Made by a program: the position numbers and the translations under genes. DNA of 64,000 nt, taken from positions 4,848 to 68,847 of the forward strand of contig CANGEV010000012.1 of the NCBI GenBank assembly GCA_947452995.1. Reading direction: 5' to 3'. This document shows, one piece after another, positions 57,119 to 64,000 of this stretch. Below the pieces are notes generated by a model that had not been told where the DNA came from, did no database searches, and worked only from the letters and a program-made list of their open reading frames with translations. This stretch comes from Chitinophagales bacterium (GTDB lineage: Bacteria; Bacteroidota; Bacteroidia; Chitinophagales; CAIODY01). Numbering within the stretch: the first letter of the stretch is position 1; each line of letters begins with the position of its first letter.

Positions 57119-57460
57119 TTATAAGTTGATATTAATCGATTCTATCTGCCCCTCATCTGTCGTCAGTTCGATTGTATAAGTATGACCCGCCTGAAGCGAA
57201 CTAACATCCATACTTGCAGAATATGGCAAGCCAATTAACTCCACTGAAAAATACTTAATCAATTGGTGCTGGGAATTATAAATATGAACGCTTCCTTGAT
57301 GGCCCTGCTTTCCAGCATACGAAATCTGAGCAATCGTATTTGCCCCTTGATGCACAATCCCAACATGCAAATTTGTATTCACACTTGTTTGAGATTTACC
57401 ATTTGTTAAAAACATTACAAATAATATCTGTAATACAAGTAGACTTTTTAATCTAGACAT
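57119..57460 (-). CDS. small secreted protein consisting of signal peptide + T9SS-CTD-like domain
   Basis: 113 aa with the signal peptide MSRLKSLLVLQILFVMFLTNGKSQ. Its C-terminal half (VHIYNSQHQLIKYF...SSLQAGHTYTIEL) parallels the CTD of the adjacent adhesin (CEIYNSLNQLVMV...SNMQAGTYRVVIL). It lies 17 nt upstream of that gene. Confidence 0.6.
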   Translation of the reverse strand: MSRLKSLLVLQILFVMFLTNGKSQTSVNTNLHVGIVHQGANTIAQISYAGKQGHQGSVHIYNSQHQLIKYFSVELIGLPYSASMDVSSLQAGHTYTIELTTDEGQIESININL

Positions 57461-57525
57461 AGAATTTTATTTATCAATTGTACATAATTTGAACCCACAA
57501 AATTACCATTTGTTGAATTTATTTT

Positions 57526-57543
57526 AATTGACTTAGGTCAATT
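57526..57543. promoter_or_regulatory. perfect palindrome in divergent intergenic region (candidate regulator binding site)
   Basis: AATTGAC-ttag-GTCAATT, 66-83 nt upstream of the 57460 start. A Bacteroidota -7-like box TAATTTTG (minus strand, 57498-57505) lies between it and the gene. Confidence 0.3.
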
Positions 57544-57727
57544 TGCTTAACAATTAAAGACTAACTGGCTATTTCTCACTACAAAAACCATTTTTTCTCA
57601 AAAATAGACTAGTCGAATTAAAGTTTCAACAAATGACAGCTATCTCCTATCGTTAAGTGAACGGATTTGTTTACGTAATTGAACGGAGCGAAAAAAAGAT
57701 TGGATTAGTCTTTTTCATCACGTAAAT

Positions 57728-58147
57728 TTGAAAAAACATTTAGCTAATACTTTTATGTCAATCCGCAAATTCTCCCCAATAGTACTAGTCGCAATTGCTT
57801 GTTATTTCCTAACCTTTACAAGCTGCGAAAAAACCTTTACTGGTCAACTTGTTTTTTGGTGGGATACTGCCTTCGAACAGCAGATGAATACGATTGGAGT
57901 AAGTAACGTAGCAGTCTATGAATCAGGCGCCCTAAAAGGATCTTTAGATATCGCTACCAAACAATTTACTGCAGCGCCTGCATGTAATGATGCAAGTAGT
58001 GTTACCGTTACCAAAGATCTTGGTGCTGCCACCACCGGTACTTTCTCTTATACGTTTAAATTAAGAGATGCGTCTAATAATGTTATCAGCACTACGAGTG
58101 ATAATATTACACTTCAAGATGGTTGTAATACCTATCAATTGCAGTAA
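57728..58147 (+). CDS. small putative lipoprotein, function unknown
   Basis: The ORF-track start is TTG; an alternative ATG at 57755 gives MSIRKFSPIVLVAIACYFLTFTSC, which has a lipobox-like FTSC. It lies 79 nt upstream of a TonB-dependent receptor gene. Confidence 0.55.
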   Translation: MKKHLANTFMSIRKFSPIVLVAIACYFLTFTSCEKTFTGQLVFWWDTAFEQQMNTIGVSNVAVYESGALKGSLDIATKQFTAAPACNDASSVTVTKDLGAATTGTFSYTFKLRDASNNVISTTSDNITLQDGCNTYQLQ

Positions 58148-58226
58148 TCCTACTCGCCGTAGTATTTACCGATTTTGTAATTAAGAACTAGTAGAAAATC
58201 CTAACTTACAGCCTTAATCATTCCAT

Positions 58227-60485
58227 ATGAATAAAGGCCTATCTATCGTATTGGTTTTTCTCAACCTATTCATCTTTACTTCTGCCAACGCACAAAGACA
58301 GATAATTCACTTCAATCTATACGATCAAGTTTCTCTTGAGCCACTACAAGGGGCTATATTACAAAACGCCGACGCCACAATCGGTGCAGAAACAGACATA
58401 AATGGACGGGGGCAAATTGAGCAAGCGAATCTCCCTGCAACACTTACCCTGCAGGTTCATTTAATGGGTTATGAAAGCTATTCATTTAATATCAAGATCG
58501 ATACTTCCCTTCATCTTCAACAAATCGGATTACAGAAATTAAATAATGAACTAGGGACTGTTCAAATAAACACACTCCGCACCAATACACGTATCGAAGA
58601 CGCTGCAACTAAAGTGGAAGTAATCGGGATGGAAGAAATTGGAGAGGAAACAACCCTTCAACCTAGCAATCTGACGAGTCTTTTAGGCGACTTATCCTAT
58701 ATACATGTTCAACATCAAAGTGGTGCTTCGGGAAATAATATGGTGCGTATGCTCGGCCTCAATACCAATTATACGCAAATCCTACGCGATGGGCTTCCTA
58801 GCTTGGATGGTTTAAGTTCTAACTTAGGAATATTAAGTGCACAGCCACTCGATTTACAACAAGTCGATGTGATCAAAGGATCTGCCTCTACCCTCTATGG
58901 CGGTGGCGCTATTGCAGGGATTATCAATTTGATTTCACCCACTCCGTCAGATTCTCCTACGACAAGCCTATTGCTGAATGTGACTTCTCTTTCGGAGAAG
59001 AATGTTCATTTGTTCACCTCTTGGAAAAAAAATAAAATAGGCTATACCCTCTTTGTTGCAAGCAATAATGCGGTTGAGAAAGACCTTAACAGTGATGGTT
59101 TGAGCGATGTCCCAGAAAATCATCAATTGATTATTCATCCTCGCTTTTTTATAGACATCAACAAAAAAAATGCACTTCGCGTAGGTATTCAAATACAACA
59201 AGACAATCGCAAAGGAGGTGACATGTTGGCTATCCAAGGATATAATGATCTTTTCTCCAACAACGCTTATCAACTATTTTTAACCACTTCGAAATCGGCT
59301 TTGGATTATCAATTAACTTCGAAATGGCGCAAAAACCAACTATTCACGTTCAAAGGAATACTTACAAATACGCAACAATTGCAAGATGAAGCCGCAAGGG
59401 GTAAAATACAATTTCAACAAAGTGGCCTGTTTGCAGAATTTTCTAATTTGAGCGTACTAAAAAAAGGAAATCTGATTGAAGGTTATTCAAAAAGAGCCTA
59501 TAACGCCTATCAAGGCTTATACGAACAATATACCACCCACTCCTTTTTTATTCAACACACAAAAAATTGGACGAGCTGGCTAACTACCGAAGCCGGTTAT
59601 CGTATTGATATGGTGAACGGCAATGGAATGATTGGTATAACAAGTAACAAAATTCACCAGCTACCTCGATTAAGTATTTATTTGCATCCATCAGAAAAAT
59701 GGAGTTTTAGAATTGGCGGTGGAAACGGTTATCGCAATCCAAGTATTTATACGCCTGAATTACTTGAAAACCCTTTAAACGCCTATTCATCGATCTTTCT
59801 TTACAATGCCAAACAACAATTTGGAACCTTAACTGAAGAAAGAAGTCAAGGCATTCAAAGTGATTTTAATTACCACTATCGCAAAGGGATTTTTGGATTA
59901 CAATTCAACCAAGCTTTTTATTATACACAAATTAGTAATCCAATTACTGTCAATTATCAATATCAAAGAGTAGACGGTGTATATCCGCAACAGCATATCA
60001 TCATCAACAATAATCCAAATTCAATTTACTCGCAAGGAAGTGACACTTATTTGCGCTTAAATTTGGATGAACTAGAATGGTATTTAGGTTATAACTATAC
60101 GGAGGTGGCCTATATGAACGCGACGAAGTATAAGCCTATCACTTTATTCCCACATCATAAGTTTGCTTCTACGGTTTTATGGGAATTAGAAGGTGAATGG
60201 AAAATCGGTCTGGAGGCTGCTTGGCAAGGCTTACAATATATTAATAATGAAAATTATCAAAAGGCACCTGACTATTGGTTCTTTGCAGCGATGATTAGTA
60301 AAATGTGGAAGAATAGTACCTTAACCTTGAACGTTGAAAATTTGATGAATTACCGCCAATCACGCGTGCAAGCAATGTATATCGGTAGTTTGAATACAGG
60401 TAGTACCAATCCAAATCTATTACCAGTATGGGGACCACTAGAAGGACGTGTGATTAACTTAAGCTATCGAATCAATTTTCGTTAA
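58227..60485 (+). CDS. TonB-dependent receptor (carboxypeptidase-regulatory-like N-domain)
   Basis: 752 aa with a signal peptide (FIFTSANAQ). It has an N-terminal CarboxypepD_reg-like segment, plug motifs (VEVIGMEEIG, VIKGSASTLYGGGAIAGIINLI) and a barrel. Confidence 0.8.
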   Translation: MNKGLSIVLVFLNLFIFTSANAQRQIIHFNLYDQVSLEPLQGAILQNADATIGAETDINGRGQIEQANLPATLTLQVHLMGYESYSFNIKIDTSLHLQQIGLQKLNNELGTVQINTLRTNTRIEDAATKVEVIGMEEIGEETTLQPSNLTSLLGDLSYIHVQHQSGASGNNMVRMLGLNTNYTQILRDGLPSLDGLSSNLGILSAQPLDLQQVDVIKGSASTLYGGGAIAGIINLISPTPSDSPTTSLLLNVTSLSEKNVHLFTSWKKNKIGYTLFVASNNAVEKDLNSDGLSDVPENHQLIIHPRFFIDINKKNALRVGIQIQQDNRKGGDMLAIQGYNDLFSNNAYQLFLTTSKSALDYQLTSKWRKNQLFTFKGILTNTQQLQDEAARGKIQFQQSGLFAEFSNLSVLKKGNLIEGYSKRAYNAYQGLYEQYTTHSFFIQHTKNWTSWLTTEAGYRIDMVNGNGMIGITSNKIHQLPRLSIYLHPSEKWSFRIGGGNGYRNPSIYTPELLENPLNAYSSIFLYNAKQQFGTLTEERSQGIQSDFNYHYRKGIFGLQFNQAFYYTQISNPITVNYQYQRVDGVYPQQHIIINNNPNSIYSQGSDTYLRLNLDELEWYLGYNYTEVAYMNATKYKPITLFPHHKFASTVLWELEGEWKIGLEAAWQGLQYINNENYQKAPDYWFFAAMISKMWKNSTLTLNVENLMNYRQSRVQAMYIGSLNTGSTNPNLLPVWGPLEGRVINLSYRINFR

Positions 60486-61912
60486 AAGAAAATCGCGCAA
60501 ATACCGATAGCTGCGAATACACAGACCGCATCAACCAAAAGCATCGTACTCAAGGTATAGCGGGTATTGCGAACTTGAATACTTCCGAAATACACAGCAA
60601 TCACATAGAAGGTCGTTTCAGCAGAACATTGAAAAACACTTGCCAGGCGGCCTGTGAAGGAATCTGCGCCATAGGTGTGCATCGCATCAATTAGAAAACC
60701 ACGAGAGCCTCCCGAAGAAAACGGACGTAATAAGGCAATCGGCATCGCATTGCTAATGTCTTTGCTCACGCCGAGATAACTTAAGCCTTTAGTCAAACCA
60801 GCTGCAATCCATTCAAACACGCCACTATTTCTAAACAAAGAAATGGCGACTAGCATTCCCAAGACGTACGGAAATATTTTCACGCCGGTATTCAAACCCT
60901 CACGGGCACCTTCTACAAAGGAGCTGAAGACATCACTATCCTTTTCTGCAAACTTCTTCTCATTCCAAAAAGCGTAGGCAATGATTACAACGAGTATGAT
61001 TAAAAACAGTGAAGTAGAAAGATGCGATGTAAATACACTTTTTTCTAATAATTCTAATCGGCTAAGATAAAATAGTAGTCCTGCAATTCCACCAATGATA
61101 GCCATCAAGATCCCAAGGAGTGCGCCGCTTTTAAACGAAATTTTCTGACGAAAGCCGACGATCAATAAAGCAGCGAGCGTACCTACCAAAGAAGTGAGAA
61201 TACACGGAATCATAACGTCCGCGGGGTTCGCCGCATTTTGTGCCGCCCGATATCCAATGATCGAAGTTGGTATCAAGGTTAGTCCTGCAGCATGCAAACA
61301 CATAAACATGATTTGCGCATTGCTCGCCTTTTCTTTTTCAGGATTGAGCTCTTGCAAGGAAGCCATGGCCTTCAAGCCGAAAGGTGTCGCAGCTGAATCA
61401 AGCCCTAAAAAATTCGCAGCGAAATTAAGCGTCATATAGGCGATGGAAGGATGATCTGCAGGGACTTCTGGAAAGATGCGTATAAAGAAAGGTGCACAGA
61501 ATTTAGCTAACTTTTCTGCTGCACCGCTTGCGATCAAGAGTTGCAAGAGGCCACTAAAAAAGGCGAGATAGGCAATGAGCGGAAGGATGATATCCGTGAG
61601 TGCGTTTTTACAGGTTTGCAATAATCCATCTGTTGCGAGGGTACCTGTGCTTATACGAACGATACTATTGTTACGTGTATAAATGGTGTCATGCTTTTGC
61701 GTGCCACTAATCGTGATAGACTCCACTTTTTGAAGAGAGTCTTGCATCCACTTCGGCAAATGACAAACATATTTTTCAGTAATGATAAGCTGTTCATCCT
61801 TTTTACCATTTATCACAGGATCTAGGGAATAGGTATGTCCTGACCACATACTGAAAAGAAGGCTCAGTAAGGAAACGAGCATGATTGAAAGCCAAAATCG
61901 ACTAAGCGCCAT
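60482..61912 (-). CDS. nucleoside-recognition-domain membrane protein (fused SpmA/SpmB-like)
   Basis: 476 aa, polytopic, with two Gate/nucleoside-recognition-like halves. The family call is from overall pattern only. Confidence 0.6.
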   Translation of the reverse strand: MALSRFWLSIMLVSLLSLLFSMWSGHTYSLDPVINGKKDEQLIITEKYVCHLPKWMQDSLQKVESITISGTQKHDTIYTRNNSIVRISTGTLATDGLLQTCKNALTDIILPLIAYLAFFSGLLQLLIASGAAEKLAKFCAPFFIRIFPEVPADHPSIAYMTLNFAANFLGLDSAATPFGLKAMASLQELNPEKEKASNAQIMFMCLHAAGLTLIPTSIIGYRAAQNAANPADVMIPCILTSLVGTLAALLIVGFRQKISFKSGALLGILMAIIGGIAGLLFYLSRLELLEKSVFTSHLSTSLFLIILVVIIAYAFWNEKKFAEKDSDVFSSFVEGAREGLNTGVKIFPYVLGMLVAISLFRNSGVFEWIAAGLTKGLSYLGVSKDISNAMPIALLRPFSSGGSRGFLIDAMHTYGADSFTGRLASVFQCSAETTFYVIAVYFGSIQVRNTRYTLSTMLLVDAVCVFAAIGICAIFF

Positions 61913-61949
61913 AATATGCGTTTTTTCGAAGATACAATCTTATGTGCGG

Positions 61950-62348
61950 CTATGCTTTACAAAGATTCCACAGGCTAACGTTGCTGCTGATTTTTTCGGA
62001 CACCACTTTTTGGATCGATATTTCATTTTTACTTTGTACGCGGTATGCAAAGTCGTAGATAATGGTCCATGTTTGTTTATTAATGGACTGCGTATGGGTA
62101 CAGAAGTGAAAATTGAAATTCGCTTCCACTAAAGCATTGGTAGGCACTATTGCATTATTACCGGAAGATAAACGCAGGAGAATAGTTCGATTGCGTTTTA
62201 AAATAGAATTAATCTGTCGAAGAACTTTTTCTTCGTGTTGTTTTTGTTGATTGTGAAAATTAGTTCGACAGTTATCATCACAAAATTTCTTATCGGAACG
62301 TCCTTGTATAGGTTGTTCACAGTCGAGACATACTTTTTTAGAAGGCAA
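61950..62348 (-). CDS. zinc-ribbon domain protein, function unknown
   Basis: 132 aa with N-terminal CLDCEQPIQGRSDKKFCDDNCRTNF (CxxC...CxxxC). It is divergent from ssb. Confidence 0.55.
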   Translation of the reverse strand: MPSKKVCLDCEQPIQGRSDKKFCDDNCRTNFHNQQKQHEEKVLRQINSILKRNRTILLRLSSGNNAIVPTNALVEANFNFHFCTHTQSINKQTWTIIYDFAYRVQSKNEISIQKVVSEKISSNVSLWNLCKA

Positions 62349-62502
62349 GGTTGTGTTGATTTAATATCAACCTGCGGGGGTATCAAGCGATGGTTATAAG
62401 AATATAACGCGCCACACGTATAAAAACGTATGTACTTGTTTATTATACGACTAAAAAAATCCACTCGCTCATCTTTGCATTGTAATTAAAAAATCAAAAA
62501 AT

Positions 62503-62856
62503 ATGCAATCAATTAGAAATAAGGTTTTGCTCATTGGAAATGTTGGGCAAGATCCAGAGATCAAGGAAATGAAGACGGGCAAGATGGCTCGCTTTAGTTT
62601 GGCTACGAATGAAGCTTACAGAGATGCAAAAGGTGAGAAGCAGACTGAGACAATCTGGCATAATTTAGTCGCATGGGGAAAGACGGCTGAGCTTGTCGAG
62701 CAGTATGTGAAAAAGGGCGATGAGTTGGCTGTGGAGGGACGTTTAGTTTCTCGCAGCTATGAGGACAAGGAAGGTGTAAAGCGTTACATCACTGAAGTCG
62801 TGTTAAATGAACTCGTCTTTTTGGCTCAGCCGTCACATCAGGCTAACGCTAAGTAA
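62503..62856 (+). CDS. ssb: single-stranded DNA-binding protein, short form without acidic C-terminal tip
   Basis: 117 aa with OB-fold motifs (NKVLLIGNVGQDPE, ARFSLATNE, TIWHNLVAWGK, VEGRLVSRSYEDKEG). It ends ...QPSHQANAK. Confidence 0.85.
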   Translation: MQSIRNKVLLIGNVGQDPEIKEMKTGKMARFSLATNEAYRDAKGEKQTETIWHNLVAWGKTAELVEQYVKKGDELAVEGRLVSRSYEDKEGVKRYITEVVLNELVFLAQPSHQANAK

Positions 62857-62872
62857 GTAGTGAAGGAGAAGT

Positions 62873-62897
62873 CGGCTACGGTATTCATTCGTAGCCG
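62873..62897. terminator. hairpin between convergent ssb and YigZ-family genes (no U-tract)
   Basis: 8-bp stem CGGCTACG/CGTAGCCG with a 9-nt loop. Neither strand has a flanking T-run, so terminator function is uncertain. Confidence 0.35.
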
Positions 62898-62913
62898 GCG
62901 CCACTCCGCAAGA

Positions 62914-63519
62914 TTATTCCGTCTCGTCTATGAATTTCAACTCGATACTTGGCTGTTGAAAGCGAGCCATAATTTCGGCTTCCTGTGCAAGCGGAATCTT
63001 AATGCGAAAGGTGCAAAACAAATCGATTTGTTTTTCGACTACGCTTAATTGATAATACTTGATCCAATGCATCACATCATTCATGGAGTTATAATCGGTC
63101 TGCAGCCACAATAATTTTTCAATACTTCGTGTTTCGATTTTTGCAAGACGTAAAGCTTGTTGAGTGGATTGTTTATAGGCGTTTATCAAACCAGGGACTC
63201 CGAGTAAGATACCGCCGAAATAACGTACGACAACGACCAGCACATTTGTTATACCGACAGAGTCGATTTGATTCAGAATAGGTTTACCTGCTGAGCCTGA
63301 AGGCTCGCCGTCGTCGCTGCTCCGGAAGTTATTTTTGTCCGTGCCCAAGCGATACGCAAAACAGTGATGCACGGCCTTGGGATGTTGTTCTTTTAGCTTT
63401 TGAAGTTCCTGCTTAAAATCGAGCGCTGATTCTATCGGAAAAGCATAGGCAATAAACCGGCTGCCGCGATCTGTAAACTCGGCTTCGACAGGGGACGATA
63501 TCGTTTGGTAGGTGAACAA
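62914..63519 (-). CDS. YigZ/IMPACT-family (UPF0029) protein
   Basis: 201 aa with an apparent TTG start. Motifs DRGSRFIAYAF, HHCFAYRLG and DDGEPSGSAGKPIL. Confidence 0.8.
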   Translation of the reverse strand: MFTYQTISSPVEAEFTDRGSRFIAYAFPIESALDFKQELQKLKEQHPKAVHHCFAYRLGTDKNNFRSSDDGEPSGSAGKPILNQIDSVGITNVLVVVVRYFGGILLGVPGLINAYKQSTQQALRLAKIETRSIEKLLWLQTDYNSMNDVMHWIKYYQLSVVEKQIDLFCTFRIKIPLAQEAEIMARFQQPSIELKFIDETE

Positions 63520-63553
63520 AAACGAGATTAATTATGATCCCGACAAGTCGGGA

Positions 63554-63602
63554 ATGAATTATGAATTATGAATTACGAATTAAAAATTAAAAATTAAAAA
63601 TT
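63554..63602. repeat. heptanucleotide tandem array A (7 units)
   Basis: Read directly from the sequence: ATGAATT x3, ACGAATT x1, AAAAATT x3. It is preceded by the hairpin TCCCGAC-aa-GTCGGGA at 63538-63553. Confidence 0.9.
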
Positions 63603-63625
63603 ATGCATAGTGAATAGGAATCAAT

Positions 63626-63795
63626 CCCTTTTCCCTTTTAACTTTTAACTTTTCCCTTTTAACTTTTAACTTTTAACTTTTCCCCTTTCCCTTTTCCCTT
63701 TTAACTTTTAACTTTTCCCCTTTCCCTTTTACCTTTTACCTTTTACCTTTTAACTTTTAACTTTTCCCCTTTCCCCTTTTCCCTTTTTACCTTTT
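63626..63795. repeat. heptanucleotide tandem array B (24 units), G-free on + strand
   Basis: Read directly from the sequence: CCCTTTT x6, CCCCTTT x3, AACTTTT x9, ACCTTTT x4, plus two 8-mers. The + strand has no G from 63619 to 63799. The last unit overlaps the stop codon of the upstream gene. Confidence 0.9.
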
Positions 63796-64000
63796 AAAAG
63801 TCTGCAAGGCGTCGGCAATCGTTCTATCATTACTCAAGCGTGGTACCTTATTCTGCCCTCCTAGCTTTCCGACCGACTTCATATATTGAATAAAGGCATC
63901 CGCTTGCAAAGGCGTAACCTTTACGAGCTGCAAAATATTGCCTGTACGGAGATCGTCGTAATAAATATTGAGTGTACGCATCGCTCGATCGATATCCTCG
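63787..64000 (-). CDS. C-terminal part of an unidentified protein (5' end outside window)
   Basis: The minus-strand frame is open to the window edge (EDIDRAMRTLNIYYDDLRTGNIL...ADALQTFKR*). I do not recognise the family. Confidence 0.5.
   Translation of the reverse strand, partial: EDIDRAMRTLNIYYDDLRTGNILQLVKVTPLQADAFIQYMKSVGKLGGQNKVPRLSNDRTIADALQTFKR

Noticed and set aside
62860-63048. 62-aa + strand ORF after ssb, and 88-aa ORF at 62198..62464
   Set aside because: The first is antisense to the 3' part of the YigZ-family gene and begins inside the inter-gene hairpin. The second overlaps the zinc-ribbon gene and the ssb promoter region. Neither has motifs.
63554-63795. Could the short tandem repeats be a CRISPR array or encode a repetitive peptide?
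   Set aside because: The unit length is 7-8 nt with no spacers, which is far from CRISPR geometry (about 28-37-nt repeats with unique spacers), and there are no cas genes. Period 7 rotates the frame, and TAA appears in all frames on both strands, so the tract cannot code.

Overview
This 64-kb window looks like a chromosomal segment from a Bacteroidota genome, probably a Sphingobacteriia- or Chitinophagia-like gliding bacterium. The evidence is several proteins with type IX secretion (T9SS) C-terminal sorting domains, SprB-type repeats, and TonB-dependent receptors with carboxypeptidase-regulatory-like N-termini. I call about 50 CDSs. Housekeeping genes include a CCA-adding enzyme, sucC, pth, msrB, parA/parB, an OxyR-like regulator, kynurenine 3-monooxygenase, ssb, an S41 protease and a sigma-54 activator. 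These are interspersed with accessory surface and glycan genes. There is one tRNA-Ala(GGC) with its own terminator, one decayed toxin gene beside an intact antitoxin, and several rho-independent terminators. I found no rRNA, CRISPR array, IS element or integrase. The items most worth follow-up are: (1) a visibly low-GC, tightly coupled four-gene operon (41.4-46.1 kb) with two GT-B glycosyltransferases, a membrane-anchored Kelch propeller and a GT-C-like polytopic protein. (2) An adhesin locus (46.7-57.5 kb) with a 1088-aa type-B-CTD SprB-repeat protein lacking an adjacent PorP/SprF gene, a 2318-aa type-A-CTD repeat adhesin, and a 113-aa protein that is little more than a signal peptide plus a CTD paralog. 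(3) A 267-bp intergenic spacer (63.5-63.8 kb) built almost entirely of 31 heptanucleotide units, with a 181-nt G-free strand. (4) A T9SS cargo cluster (4.5-9.5 kb) that includes a P-domain/CotH-kinase fusion and a secreted CxxC thioredoxin-like protein. All functional calls rest on motifs read by eye and remembered family signatures. No database search was run.
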